This document shows, in pieces, positions 17,070 to 27,663 of a stretch of DNA of 64,000 nucleotides (position 1 is its first letter; each line of letters opens with the position of its first letter). Location: positions 1,145 to 65,144 of the forward strand of contig CAYXPR010000003.1 of the NCBI GenBank assembly GCA_964467255.1, read 5' to 3'. A program made the position numbers and the translations under genes. Below the pieces are notes generated by a model. It saw nothing but the letters and a program-made list of their open reading frames with translations, was not told where the DNA came from and did not search any database. Origin of the DNA: an uncultured Rickettsiales bacterium. Lineage in GTDB: Bacteria; Pseudomonadota; Alphaproteobacteria; Rickettsiales; RGZB01.

Positions 17070-18908
17070 ATGACCAGTTTCGTTTTTAGCAATCTTCAGG
17101 GTAACAGCACCGCTTTCGATTTTTCCACCGACAGTATCATTTTCAGTTCTGCCGATGGCTCAACGTCGGCCTTTAATCTGGTGGAAACCGTTAACGATGA
17201 CGGCGTCACCATCGTGCAGGTCACGCGGATAATCGATGAGCCCGCCATCAGCGCAGGTGCGCTGAACCTTATCGCCACACTCACCGGCGTACGCTTGGCG
17301 CAGCTCACGTCTGAAAATGTATTGTTCTTCGCCTCAAACGCCATTATCGGCGATAACACGCACAATGCCCCCACCTTGGGCGAAACCATCGGCACATTTG
17401 ACGATGCAGCGCAAACCGTTACCGGCACCACGGCAGATGACCTGATTTTAGGCCTTGGCGGCGAAGATGAAATTGACGGCAGCTCAGGGGATGACTTCAT
17501 CAACGGCAATGCAGGCGGCGACCTGCTGGCGGGCGGCGATGGCGACGACACCGTGCGCGGCGGGCAGGATAACGACACCATCTCTCTGGGCAGCGGCAGC
17601 AACGACGCCAACGGCAATCGCGGTAACGATGTTATCACGGGCGGCAATGGCGCCGATATACTGCGCGGCGGGCAGGATAACGACACCATCACCGGTGGCG
17701 GTGGCGCGGATACGCTGCGCGGTAACTTGGGTGATGACAGCCTTTCCTTAAGCCCCGGCACCGGCCAGAGCGCTGTTGCTGAAGGCAATGATGGTAATGA
17801 CACCATCACCGCGGCCTCTGCTGTGGCTGGTGCCACCGTGTTGCTGAACGGCAATGGCGGTGATGATAGTGTTATCGGCAGCGTCTCCGGCGATTCGCTG
17901 CGCGGCGGGCAGGGCGCGGATATCTTGGCGGGCGGGCTCGGCAATGACTCCCTGCTCGGCGATTTTGACAGCGATACGCTGCGCGGCGCAGAGGGCGATG
18001 ACGTGCTGCGTGGCGGCTCAGGTGATGATACCGTCATCGGCAATACCGGAAACGACCAGCTTTTTGGCGGCACCGGAAACGACGTGTTCATTGTTGATTA
18101 CGTGGAAAATGATACAGAAATTAATTCTGTAACCGGTGGTTCAGGCATCGACACGCTCGACCTCAACACATCGCTCGTAGGCACAACCATCCTGAACCTT
18201 GCCAACATTACGGGCGTGGATGTGCTGGAAATGCCGGACGGGTTCATCACTCTGACCGATACATTTATGCAAGGCACTGATTTTGGCGCGGTCACCGTAC
18301 GCGTTAGTTCTGACTCCACCACGGGAAATATCACGCTCAATACCGCAGCTGTTAGCAGTACGTATGCGGTTACGGTTGCAGTGAGTACGGCCACCGAAAC
18401 CATCACGCTCGCGGCAGGCAACAACAAGGTCGCACTCGATGGCGGCGTTACGGTTACTGGCAATAGCGGCAATGATACAATCGTTGGTGACGAGAATGCC
18501 GACACTATTACTTCTGGTGCAGGACGCGATTCCCTCACGGGCGGGGCGGGCGCAGATACCTTCATCATCGGCACCACGGACTCCAACACCAGTAACGGCA
18601 TCGACATCATCACCGACTTCAGCCGCACCGAAGACAGTATTGATGTGCCCTTTGACCCCAGCGCGGGCTTAAATTCCGCACCGGTAGGTGGCGCAGCCAA
18701 TTCGTTTGCCGAGGTAGAGGCCCTTATTACCGCCGCGCTGGACGACCTTGGTGACTTGCAGATTCTCAACATCACCAGCGGCTCGTTGTCAGGCCAGAAA
18801 TTCGCCGTTATTGAGGCTAATAACGTAGATGGTTATCAGTCCGGCGCCGATTACCTGATTCAGTTCTCGAACGTCTCGGATGCATTTTTCTCTGCTACAC
18901 TAATTTAA
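17070..18908 (+). CDS. Second RTX-repeat protein, paralogue of the upstream S-layer-like gene (612 aa)
   Basis: GGxGxD repeats; N-terminus resembles the first (MTSFVFSN vs MATFNFSS; TLTGVRLAQL vs TLTGVTLAEL); shared RGGQD motifs. Confidence 0.8.
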   Translation: MTSFVFSNLQGNSTAFDFSTDSIIFSSADGSTSAFNLVETVNDDGVTIVQVTRIIDEPAISAGALNLIATLTGVRLAQLTSENVLFFASNAIIGDNTHNAPTLGETIGTFDDAAQTVTGTTADDLILGLGGEDEIDGSSGDDFINGNAGGDLLAGGDGDDTVRGGQDNDTISLGSGSNDANGNRGNDVITGGNGADILRGGQDNDTITGGGGADTLRGNLGDDSLSLSPGTGQSAVAEGNDGNDTITAASAVAGATVLLNGNGGDDSVIGSVSGDSLRGGQGADILAGGLGNDSLLGDFDSDTLRGAEGDDVLRGGSGDDTVIGNTGNDQLFGGTGNDVFIVDYVENDTEINSVTGGSGIDTLDLNTSLVGTTILNLANITGVDVLEMPDGFITLTDTFMQGTDFGAVTVRVSSDSTTGNITLNTAAVSSTYAVTVAVSTATETITLAAGNNKVALDGGVTVTGNSGNDTIVGDENADTITSGAGRDSLTGGAGADTFIIGTTDSNTSNGIDIITDFSRTEDSIDVPFDPSAGLNSAPVGGAANSFAEVEALITAALDDLGDLQILNITSGSLSGQKFAVIEANNVDGYQSGADYLIQFSNVSDAFFSATLI

Positions 18909-18931
18909 AGAAGGGGCTTCGCGCGCGCCGC

Positions 18932-20380
18932 ATGGAAAAGTCCTTCTCCTTACGGAAAATACCCTTAAAACCCAAAGTTTTTGAGCGCTCGCCGCGTCGC
19001 GTCTCTCTGAAAACCCTTTTAAAAGGCACCTCCATCATCATGGTGGCGCCGCTCATGCTGCTGGCTATTTATGTGCTGTATGGCGTAGTGCCCTTGCTCT
19101 ATGCGCTCTATGGCGCGATGGGCATTTTTGTTATCTCCATCATTTTTGTCTGGCCCTATATCGCGAATCTTTCCGCCCTTACCTATTACGTAGAACAGCT
19201 GGCCAATGACAAAAAGGCCGATGCGCCTGACCTGACATTCCTTAACAACGTGGAAGATCTTTCGCGTGCCGTAGAGCAATTGCATAAAAGTTGGAACCAG
19301 CGCCGTGTGCAGCTGGAAAACATGCTCGCCGAAAGCAAAATCCTCATCGACAGCCTGCCAGACATCCTCATCATGCTAGACCGCGACTTGAACGTTATCC
19401 GCACGAACAGCACCGCTCAGATGGCCTTTGGCGGATACATGAAAGAAAACATCAGCCAGCTGTTGCATGCCCCTGAGTTCCGCAAGCATCTTGAGGGCGT
19501 TATCGCTGAGCGGAAAGGTCGTAGCACGGAGTATGCCATTCCTGATCCGGAAATGAAGGACTACATGGTCCGCATTGAGCCCCTGCCTGTCTATGCTCCC
19601 ACCGGCATTGCGCTGATTGTAGCGCTGCACGACATCACCGAACTCAAGCGCACTGAACAAACCTTTGCCGATTTCGTGGCCAATGCCAGCCACGAAATCC
19701 GCACGCCACTCACCAGCATTATCGGCTTTGTAGAAACGCTGCAAACCAGCGCAAAAAGTGATGCAAAGGCGCAGGAAGAATTTCTGGCACTCATGGCGCT
19801 GCAGGCGCAAAAAATGTCTACGCTCGTTACCGACCTTTTGAGTCTTTCCAAAATTGAGCGGCGATTGCGGACCATTCCCGCTACGCCTGTAAAAATCGGC
19901 CCCATTCTTCAAGGCTGCGTGCAGGATGCGGAAGCGGTTGCTAAAAAAAGAAAAATCGGACTCGTACTCAATCTTCCCAAAAATCTTCCTTCCATTCTGG
20001 GGGACTCCGAAGAGCTAACCCTTGTTTTTAATAATTTACTTAGTAACGCCATTAAGTATAGCCCCGAGGGTTCTTCCATTACGGTTAGCGCACGCGAAGG
20101 CGAGTTCATTTTGCCGCACGATACGCTTATTCGCGCCAAAAGGCCTTGTCTGGCGATTTCGGTCACCGATACAGGTGCGGGCATCCCCCGCGAGCATCTG
20201 CCCCGCCTGACCGAGCGCTTTTACCGCGTCGATTCCGCCCGCACAAAAGATATTGCTGGCACCGGCCTTGGGCTTTCCATCGTAAAGCAGGTACTTGAGC
20301 GCCATCGTGGCGTGCTGCACATTGAAAGCCATGTCGGCAAGGGCAGCACTTTTACCGCCGTTCTGCCATTGCCGCAATAA
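18932..20380 (+). CDS. phoR: Phosphate regulon sensor histidine kinase
   Basis: 2 TM, PAS-like region, DFVANASHEIRTPL, NLLSNAIKY, RLTERFYRVD, GTGLGLSIVK; adjacent to pst genes. Confidence 0.9.
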   Translation: MEKSFSLRKIPLKPKVFERSPRRVSLKTLLKGTSIIMVAPLMLLAIYVLYGVVPLLYALYGAMGIFVISIIFVWPYIANLSALTYYVEQLANDKKADAPDLTFLNNVEDLSRAVEQLHKSWNQRRVQLENMLAESKILIDSLPDILIMLDRDLNVIRTNSTAQMAFGGYMKENISQLLHAPEFRKHLEGVIAERKGRSTEYAIPDPEMKDYMVRIEPLPVYAPTGIALIVALHDITELKRTEQTFADFVANASHEIRTPLTSIIGFVETLQTSAKSDAKAQEEFLALMALQAQKMSTLVTDLLSLSKIERRLRTIPATPVKIGPILQGCVQDAEAVAKKRKIGLVLNLPKNLPSILGDSEELTLVFNNLLSNAIKYSPEGSSITVSAREGEFILPHDTLIRAKRPCLAISVTDTGAGIPREHLPRLTERFYRVDSARTKDIAGTGLGLSIVKQVLERHRGVLHIESHVGKGSTFTAVLPLPQ

Positions 20381-20464
20381 ACCACCGCCAGCGCTTGCTT
20401 TTTGCCGAAATTTGCCTATTCTCGATTCTCTCTGCAATGGCCGTAGAATTATAGAAGTCTTTTT

Positions 20465-21679
20465 ATGCATTCACTTCTTCTTTTGTTGCTGGTCTTGCTC
20501 ATCGGTGCAGGCGGCTTTATTTTTGGAAAACGGCGCATCCTTGCGCTGCTTGCCGAGAAGAATGCGCCCCGTCCGGCCGCGCTTCCATCCTATTACGGCT
20601 GGTGCGCCCTTTTATGGACAACTGTTCCCGCCCTTTTGCTCATGCAGCTTTATTTTACCGTGGCGCATCCTGAGGCGCCCAAAGCCATCGCCTATGCGCT
20701 GGCTGCCTGCTTGGCACTGATCGGCCTTGGGGTTTCATTCCAGCGCCTTCATCTTGCTTTCCGCGCCCGCGACCACGTGGAAAAATGGGTGATGCTGCTC
20801 ATGCGCACTGCTACGTTCTTTGCCGTTTCCATTACCTTATTCATTGTGCTTTCCGTGGTGTTTGAGTCTGTCCGCTTCTTTGAGAAGGTCTCCGTCTTCA
20901 GCTTCCTGTTCGGCTTAGAGTGGAGTCCGCAAATGGCGCTTCGCGCGGATCAGGCCGGTTCTTCCGGCTCTTTTGGCGCCGTGCCTGTGTTCCTTGGCAC
21001 TATCATGATTACCTTCATCGCCATGCTCGTGGCCGCGCCTGTAGGCCTTATGTCAGCCATTTACCTATCGGAATATGCCAGCCAGCGCGCCCGCACCGTT
21101 ATTAAACCCTTCCTTGAAATTCTGGCGGGCATTCCCACTGTGGTCTATGGCTATTTTGCCGCCATTGTGTTCGCGCCTGCACTGCGCGATTTTGGCGCTT
21201 CCATCGGCCTTACCATTGCTTCAGAGAGCGCCCTTGCGGCGGGCGTGGTGATGGGCATAATGATTATCCCCTTCATTCTTTCGTTGTCTGATGACGTAAT
21301 GAATGCCGTACCCACAGCGCTCAAAGATGCTTCGCTTGGCCTTGGTGCCACACGTTCTGAAACCGTGGTAAAGGTCGTGGTTCCTGCCGCGCTTCCGGGC
21401 ATTATCGGCGCGCTGCTGCTCGCCATTTCACGCGGTATCGGCGAAACCATGATTGTGGTGATGGCCGCTGGCCTTGTTGCCAACCTTACCATCAATCCTT
21501 TCGATTCAGTCACCACCGTCACCGCACAAATCGTAACGCTACTGGTGGGCGACCAAGAGTTTGACAGCGCCAAAACCCTCGCCGCCTTCGCGCTCGGCTT
21601 CACGCTGTTTCTCATCACGCTGGTGTTAAACGTGGCCGCGCTGCTTATCGTGCGCAAATATCGGGAGCGTTATGAGTAA
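20465..21679 (+). CDS. pstC: Phosphate ABC transporter permease
   Basis: AIYLSEYA, LEILAGIPTVVYG, SRGIGETMIV, GDQEFDSAKTL. Confidence 0.95.
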   Translation: MHSLLLLLLVLLIGAGGFIFGKRRILALLAEKNAPRPAALPSYYGWCALLWTTVPALLLMQLYFTVAHPEAPKAIAYALAACLALIGLGVSFQRLHLAFRARDHVEKWVMLLMRTATFFAVSITLFIVLSVVFESVRFFEKVSVFSFLFGLEWSPQMALRADQAGSSGSFGAVPVFLGTIMITFIAMLVAAPVGLMSAIYLSEYASQRARTVIKPFLEILAGIPTVVYGYFAAIVFAPALRDFGASIGLTIASESALAAGVVMGIMIIPFILSLSDDVMNAVPTALKDASLGLGATRSETVVKVVVPAALPGIIGALLLAISRGIGETMIVVMAAGLVANLTINPFDSVTTVTAQIVTLLVGDQEFDSAKTLAAFALGFTLFLITLVLNVAALLIVRKYRERYE

Positions 21680-22973
21680 ACATCACACCATCTCGCTCAC
21701 GCCCACAGGGCAGGAACGCAAACGCCTCGTAAAGCGTTACCGCAAAGAACGCCGGTTCCGTGCCTTTGGCGTTTCCGCCATCGCGATTGCCTTTATGTTC
21801 CTCAGCGTCCTGCTCACCGCCATCGTGGCGCGCGGTAGCGGTGCCTTTGTCGAAACCAGTATTCGTTTGCCGATTACTTTTTCCGAACAGACGCTCGGCA
21901 TCACTGCGCCCATTACGCCAGAGGCAATCATGGCGGCAGATTTTGACGGCGCGGTGAAGGAGGCCTTAAAGCTCCGCTTCCCCGAAGCGGGGGATGACCG
22001 CCTGCTGCGCAACCAGCTTTACGGCCTCGTCAGTAAAAATGCTGGGTTTGTGGCAGGTCAGGCTTTGAAAGAAAGGCCAGAACTGCTCGGCACCACCGCA
22101 GAGTTATGGCTACCTGCCTCTACCGATATCGACTTGCTCGCCAAGGGCACGGTTGATACGAACCTGCCGCCTGAAATGCGCCGCGTGTCTGACACGCAGC
22201 TCGGTTGGTACAGCCAGCTCAAAACCGAAGGCCGCACCAAGAAGCGCTTCAATACAACTTTCTTTTCAGAGGGTGATTCACGCGAACCCGAACAAGCGGG
22301 GATTCTGGGTGCATTCTTAGGCTCCATCTTCACCATCGCCGTGTGCATGGCGCTGGCCTTGCCGGTGGGCGTGATTACTGCCGTTTACTTAGAAGAATTC
22401 GCCCCACAAAATAAATTTACTGACATCATCGAGGTCAACATCAATAACCTTGCGGCCGTGCCTTCAATTGTGTTTGGTCTGCTCGGGCTTGCCGTATACT
22501 TGCATTTTTTCGGCCTGCCGCGTTCCAGCAGCTTGGTGGGTGGGCTAACGCTGGCGCTGATGATTCTGCCTACATTGATTATCGCCACGCGCAGTAGCCT
22601 TAAAAGCGTGCCGCCTTCCATCCGTCAGGCCGCGATGGGTGTCGGCGCATCACCCATTCAGGTCATTTTGCACCATGTGTTACCGCTCGCGATGCCGGGC
22701 ATCATGACGGGCACGATTTTGGGCATCGCTCGTGCGTTGGGTGAAACCGCGCCGCTGCTGATGATTGGTATGGTGGCCTTCGTGGCCGATATTCCGTCAA
22801 ACACCTCATCGCCTGCCACGGTGATGCCAGTGCAGATTTTCCTCTGGTCTGACAGCCCCGAAGCGGGCTTCCAGGAAAAAACCGCGGCGGCCATCGTGGT
22901 GCTGCTGGCGATTCTGATTGTTGCCAATGCCGGTGCGGCATGGCTGCGTAAAAAATATGAGCGTAAATGGTAG
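21672..22973 (+). CDS. pstA: Phosphate ABC transporter permease
   Basis: [31 protein letters not shown]. Confidence 0.95.
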   Translation: MSKHHTISLTPTGQERKRLVKRYRKERRFRAFGVSAIAIAFMFLSVLLTAIVARGSGAFVETSIRLPITFSEQTLGITAPITPEAIMAADFDGAVKEALKLRFPEAGDDRLLRNQLYGLVSKNAGFVAGQALKERPELLGTTAELWLPASTDIDLLAKGTVDTNLPPEMRRVSDTQLGWYSQLKTEGRTKKRFNTTFFSEGDSREPEQAGILGAFLGSIFTIAVCMALALPVGVITAVYLEEFAPQNKFTDIIEVNINNLAAVPSIVFGLLGLAVYLHFFGLPRSSSLVGGLTLALMILPTLIIATRSSLKSVPPSIRQAAMGVGASPIQVILHHVLPLAMPGIMTGTILGIARALGETAPLLMIGMVAFVADIPSNTSSPATVMPVQIFLWSDSPEAGFQEKTAAAIVVLLAILIVANAGAAWLRKKYERKW

Positions 22974-22978
22974 GAACA

Positions 22979-23767
22979 ATGACAAAAGAAAAAAAACAGC
23001 CCAAAGAAAATCACCTGCGCCTTTCCGCCCAGCACGTGAATGTGTTTTATAGTGATAAACAGGCGTTATTTGATATAAACCTCGATATCCATGCCAACAG
23101 CGTTACCGCGCTGATTGGCCCTTCGGGCTGCGGCAAATCCACCTTCCTGCGCTGCCTAAACCGCATGAACGACACCATTCCCGGCTGTCGCGTAGACGGT
23201 AAAATCCTGCTCGATGGACAGGATATTTATGAAAAAAGCGTCGATGTCGTTTATCTCCGGCAAAAAATAGGCATGGTGTTTCAAAAGCCGAACCCATTCC
23301 CCAAATCCATTGCTGAAAACGTACTCTATGGCCCAAAAATCCACGGCCTCGTGAAGAAAAAAAGCGACATGGATGAGGTGGTAGAAAAAAGCCTTAGCCG
23401 CGCTGGCCTGTGGAAAGAAGTGAAGGACCGCCTGAATGAACCGGGCACGTCCCTCTCTGGCGGCCAGCAGCAGCGCCTGTGCATTGCGCGCGCCATTGCG
23501 GTAGAGCCAGAAGTGCTGCTGATGGATGAGCCCTGCAGCGCGCTCGACCCCATCGCCACCGCCATTATCGAAGAATTGATGGGCGAGCTGAAGCGCAACT
23601 TCACCATCATCATCGTCACCCACTCCATGCAGCAGGCCGCGCGCGTGTCTGACCGCACGGGCTTCTTCCACCTTGGTAAGCTGGTGGAAGTCGGCAGCAC
23701 GGAAGATATCTTCACCCGCCCCAAACTCAAAGCCACGCAGGACTATATCACCGGCCGCTTTGGTTGA
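22979..23767 (+). CDS. pstB: Phosphate ABC transporter ATPase
   Basis: [42 protein letters not shown]. Confidence 0.97.
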   Translation: MTKEKKQPKENHLRLSAQHVNVFYSDKQALFDINLDIHANSVTALIGPSGCGKSTFLRCLNRMNDTIPGCRVDGKILLDGQDIYEKSVDVVYLRQKIGMVFQKPNPFPKSIAENVLYGPKIHGLVKKKSDMDEVVEKSLSRAGLWKEVKDRLNEPGTSLSGGQQQRLCIARAIAVEPEVLLMDEPCSALDPIATAIIEELMGELKRNFTIIIVTHSMQQAARVSDRTGFFHLGKLVEVGSTEDIFTRPKLKATQDYITGRFG

Positions 23768-23850
23768 TTTCCGGCGCGCGGGCAGCTTTTGCTTTTTTAG
23801 GCCGCAAAGCCCTGTTATAATCAGCGCTCGTTGACCTGTATGGAGCGTGA

Positions 23851-24555
23851 ATGAGTAAAGCCCCGGTGCCCTATATTCTTGTGGTGGAAGATGACCCCGC
23901 CATTGCCACGCTGGTGCGCTATAATCTCGAAAAAGAGGGCTTTAAAGTCACCCTCTGCGGCGATGGGCAGGAAGCCGCCGACCTTTTAAAAGAAGAACAC
24001 CCCGACCTGATTTTGATGGACTGGATGCTGCCCGGTTTAACCGGCGTCGACTTATGCCGCAAAATCCGCGCCAGCGATAATTTGCGCGGCGTACCCATTA
24101 TTTTGCTCACCGCGCGCGGGGAAGAATCTGACCGCATCGAGGGGTTAGACAGTGGCGCCGATGACTACATCACCAAACCCTTCTCGCCCAAAGAACTTGC
24201 TGCGCGCATCCGTGCGGTGCTGCGGCGCATCCGCCCAGTGTTCTCCAGTGAGCGCTTGGAATATGCTGGCATCGTGATGGACATGGGCAGCCACAAAATC
24301 AGCTTCAGCGGCAAAGACATCATCATGGGCCCCACCGAATTCCGCCTGCTCGCCCACTTCATGGAAAGCCCAGGGCGCACCTTCTCGCGTGAGAGTTTGC
24401 TCAACACCGTGTGGGGGCAAGATATTTACGTGGAGCTCCGCACGGTGGATGTGCATATCCGCCGCCTGCGCAAAGCCTTAGAGGAATGCGATCCCACGCT
24501 TGCCGAACTCATTAAAACCGTGCGCTCCGCCGGTTATATGCTCGAAAAAAATTAG
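23851..24555 (+). CDS. phoB: Phosphate regulon response regulator
   Basis: DWMLPG, GLDSGADDYITKPFSP, GPTEFRLL, RTVDVHIRRLRKAL. Confidence 0.93.
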   Translation: MSKAPVPYILVVEDDPAIATLVRYNLEKEGFKVTLCGDGQEAADLLKEEHPDLILMDWMLPGLTGVDLCRKIRASDNLRGVPIILLTARGEESDRIEGLDSGADDYITKPFSPKELAARIRAVLRRIRPVFSSERLEYAGIVMDMGSHKISFSGKDIIMGPTEFRLLAHFMESPGRTFSRESLLNTVWGQDIYVELRTVDVHIRRLRKALEECDPTLAELIKTVRSAGYMLEKN

Positions 24556-25853
24556 CGCTTCTTTTTTGCCGCAGGTTTTTTGGCGCGCGGTTTTTTACCA
24601 CTCATGCCCAGTGTTTTAGCCAGCCATACCAGAAGCACAATGCCGGGCACGGCGGCCACAGTGCTAAAGACAAAGAACAGCGACCAACCCAGCGCCTCCA
24701 CCACAAAGCCTGAGGTGGATGAAAGCAGTGTGCGCCCCGTTGCCGCCAACGACGAAAGCAGCGCATATTGCGTGGCGGTGTACTGCACATTGCACAGGCT
24801 GCTTAAGTACGCCACGAACGCCGCGCTCCCCATGCCGCTCGCCAGATTCTCTACGCTAATCGTCACGCCCAGCAGTAGCGCGTTATATCCCACCTGCGCT
24901 TGCAGCACGAACATCAGGTTCGAGGCCATTTGCAACATCGCGCATAAAAAAAGCGCACGCATCATGCCCATGCGCGCCACCAGCACGCCGCCTAAAAACA
25001 CACCCAGCAGCGTCGCCGCAAGCCCATAGGTTTTCACGATGGTGGCAATTTCGGTTTTCGAAAATCCGATATCAATCAGGAATGGCCCCGTCATCATGCC
25101 CGCCAGCGCGTCACCGAATTTGAACAGCACCACGAATAGCAAAATCATCAGCCAGCCTTGGTGCTGCATGAAATTGGCAAACGGCGATATCACCGCTTCT
25201 TTCGCCCATGTCACAAATCCAGTATATGTGGTTTTCTTCACCGCGCGCTTTGGCTCACCGGCCCACAGCACCGTGAAAACACCCACCAGCATCAGCGCAG
25301 CCATCGCGGCATAGGCAAACAGCCATCCGTACAATTCCGCCATGATTAGTGCGCCCGCACCCGCCACCAGCATACCGATACGGTAGCCGAATTGTACCGC
25401 AGCGGCTCCATGCCCCTGCTCCTCCGGCGCTAAATATTCCACACGGTATGCATCCACCACAATGTCTTGGCTGGCCGAGCAAATCGCCACAATCAGCGCC
25501 CAAATTGCCGTGATTCCCGCATGCTCCGTGGGGTTCGAAAATCCAAGGCCGATAAGACTCACCATCAGCGTGAGTTGGGTTACAATCATCCACGCGCGGC
25601 GGCGCCCCAGCATCTTGCTCAAAACCGGCAGCGGCACGTGATCCATCAGCGGGGACCATAAAAATTTTAGTGTGTACGGCACGCCAATCGCGGCAAATAA
25701 ACCTATCGCCGCTTTGCTCACGCCACTTTCCGCCAACCACACGGTAAGCGTAGAGGCCGTCAGCGCCAGCGGCAAACCACTGGCAAAACCCAGCAAGGCA
25801 ATCACCAAAATTTTACGGGTAAGGTACAACTTGAACGCGGCAGCGGCGCGCAT
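24552..25853 (-). CDS. ampG: Muropeptide MFS transporter
   Basis: LGFASGLPLAL, KFLWSPLMD, GRRRAW, SASQDIVVDAYRVE, TATQYALLSS. Confidence 0.95.
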   Translation of the reverse strand: MRAAAAFKLYLTRKILVIALLGFASGLPLALTASTLTVWLAESGVSKAAIGLFAAIGVPYTLKFLWSPLMDHVPLPVLSKMLGRRRAWMIVTQLTLMVSLIGLGFSNPTEHAGITAIWALIVAICSASQDIVVDAYRVEYLAPEEQGHGAAAVQFGYRIGMLVAGAGALIMAELYGWLFAYAAMAALMLVGVFTVLWAGEPKRAVKKTTYTGFVTWAKEAVISPFANFMQHQGWLMILLFVVLFKFGDALAGMMTGPFLIDIGFSKTEIATIVKTYGLAATLLGVFLGGVLVARMGMMRALFLCAMLQMASNLMFVLQAQVGYNALLLGVTISVENLASGMGSAAFVAYLSSLCNVQYTATQYALLSSLAATGRTLLSSTSGFVVEALGWSLFFVFSTVAAVPGIVLLVWLAKTLGMSGKKPRAKKPAAKKKR

Positions 25854-25855
25854 GG

Positions 25856-26875
25856 TTATAGTTTTTCCAGCAGGGTGGAAAGTTTGGTCAGCGTGCGGCC
25901 ACCAAGATATTTCACCACCTCAGCCGCACTCAACGCACCCAGTCTTCCGGCCTTGTCGAGATCCATGCCGGTCACGATGCCGTAGAGCACGCCCGCAGCA
26001 TATAAATCGCCCGCGCCAGTCACGTCATACACTTCATCCACCCGCTCGGCCTCAATCGAGTGCACATAGCCGCCGCGCGTGATGATATAAGAACCTTTTT
26101 CACTGCGCGTCAGCGCCACCACATCGCATTTGCCGGTAAACCAGAAAAGCTGTTTGCGCGTGTCTTTCTCACCGCTTAACGCCGCCGCTTCTTTTTCGTT
26201 TGCGAACAGAATATCGATGTGGCCTTCGTCGAGCAGTGCTAAGAATTCATCTTTATGGCGCTGCACGCAGAAGGCGTCCGACAGCGAAAAAGCCACTTTG
26301 CGGTCATGCGCGTGGGCAATTTTAATCGCTTCGCGCACAGCTTCTTTGGCCTTGGCTTCGTCCCACAGATACCCTTCGATATAGGTGATTTTGCTGTTTT
26401 TGATAATCTCGGGGTCGATATCTTCTTTCGTAATTTGCGTGCTGGCACCTAAGTAGGTCGCCATGGTGCGCTCGGCATTTTTGCCTTTGATTTTGCTTTC
26501 GCCCTCATGCGTCACGAACACCAAACACTGTGCCGTCGGCTTGCCGGAAGTAGCGGGCGGGGTGCTGTAATGCACGCCGAGGCTTTTCATATCGTGGCGG
26601 AAAATATCCCCCATCTGGTCTTTCTTCACGCGGCCGATAAACGCCGTGCTGGCGCCAAGCGAGGCAAGACCGGTGATAGTGTTGGCGGCCGAGCCGCCAG
26701 AGCATTCCGTGGCGGTACCCATTTTTTTGTAGAGCTGTTCGGCTTTTTTCTCATCCACCAACGTCATCGAGCCTTTGTGCAGGCCGTGCGTGTTCAAAAA
26801 ATCATCGGTCGTATAGGCCAGAATATCTACAATTGCATTGCCGATACCCACCACATCGAACTCTTTTTTTGTCAT
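25856..26875 (-). CDS. PfkB family kinase (adenosine kinase-like)
   Basis: GIGNAIVD, GGSAANT, ERTMATYLGA, EGYLWD, DVTGAGDLYAAG. Confidence 0.9.
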   Translation of the reverse strand: MTKKEFDVVGIGNAIVDILAYTTDDFLNTHGLHKGSMTLVDEKKAEQLYKKMGTATECSGGSAANTITGLASLGASTAFIGRVKKDQMGDIFRHDMKSLGVHYSTPPATSGKPTAQCLVFVTHEGESKIKGKNAERTMATYLGASTQITKEDIDPEIIKNSKITYIEGYLWDEAKAKEAVREAIKIAHAHDRKVAFSLSDAFCVQRHKDEFLALLDEGHIDILFANEKEAAALSGEKDTRKQLFWFTGKCDVVALTRSEKGSYIITRGGYVHSIEAERVDEVYDVTGAGDLYAAGVLYGIVTGMDLDKAGRLGALSAAEVVKYLGGRTLTKLSTLLEKL

Positions 26876-27034
26876 ATTCCCTGCTCTTTATTTACAATAA
26901 CCGATCTCTGGCGCTACGCCCCAAGGTAGAAAATTTACCCTTACCCCGCAATCACTTATTGATAAATCGCCCGCCCGCGTCTATACATACCCTGTTTTTT
27001 ACTTTGGCCATGTTTCTTTGTCACAGGTGCGCAT

Positions 27035-27592
27035 ATGAGCAATAATGGTTTGGAATTCAACAAAATCGCGGCGGGCGTATTAATCGCCGGCCTTGTTGCC
27101 ATGGTGGCAGGAAAAGTGGCCGATGGCCTCTATCACCCGAAGCCGGCTGAAAAGCGTGGTTTTGAAGTCGCAGCCTTAGAAGAATCCGCCGGCGCAGGCG
27201 CTGCCGCAAAAGAACCCGTGAAGCTCGGTGCGCTCCTTGCCGCAGCAAATGCTGAAAACGGCAAAGTCATCGCAAAAAAATGCGCCACCTGCCATAGCTT
27301 TGAAAATGGCGGCGCCAACATGGTGGGCCCGAATTTGTGGGCGGTGGTGGGCGCGGCAAAGGGCGCGCATAGCGGTTTTGATTACTCTCCGGCCCTGAAA
27401 GAAAAAGGCGGCAACTGGGATTATGAGGCGCTGTATCACTTTATTTACAGCCCGAAAGGTTACGTAAAGGGTACAAAAATGGCCTTCGCCGGCATCCGCA
27501 AGCCGGAAGAAATCGCCGACCTGCTGGCCTTCCTGCGTACGCTGGGAAGCGCTGCGCCGCTGCCACCGGCTGACTTTGAAGTCGCACCGTAA
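27035..27592 (+). CDS. Membrane-anchored class I cytochrome c (CycM-like)
   Basis: N-terminal TM, CATCH heme motif, GPNL, GTKMAFAG. Confidence 0.92.
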   Translation: MSNNGLEFNKIAAGVLIAGLVAMVAGKVADGLYHPKPAEKRGFEVAALEESAGAGAAAKEPVKLGALLAAANAENGKVIAKKCATCHSFENGGANMVGPNLWAVVGAAKGAHSGFDYSPALKEKGGNWDYEALYHFIYSPKGYVKGTKMAFAGIRKPEEIADLLAFLRTLGSAAPLPPADFEVAP

Positions 27593-27663
27593 TTTTCCTG
27601 CTTTAAGAGTGCTATAAACCCTGCTAGCATGCCGAAGAATTTTAAATTCTATGGGTGGTGCTA

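Noticed and set aside
14362-18908. Repetitive DNA suggesting a CRISPR array or tandem repeat
   Set aside because: Repeats are degenerate and codon-phased (RTX nonapeptides); no constant repeat with unique spacers and no cas genes
27603-27630. TTAA-N7-ATAA upstream of nfeD as a further CtrA promoter
   Set aside because: Spacing to TAGCAT is 7 nt, not 11; it fits an ordinary -35/-10 pair with a 17-nt spacer
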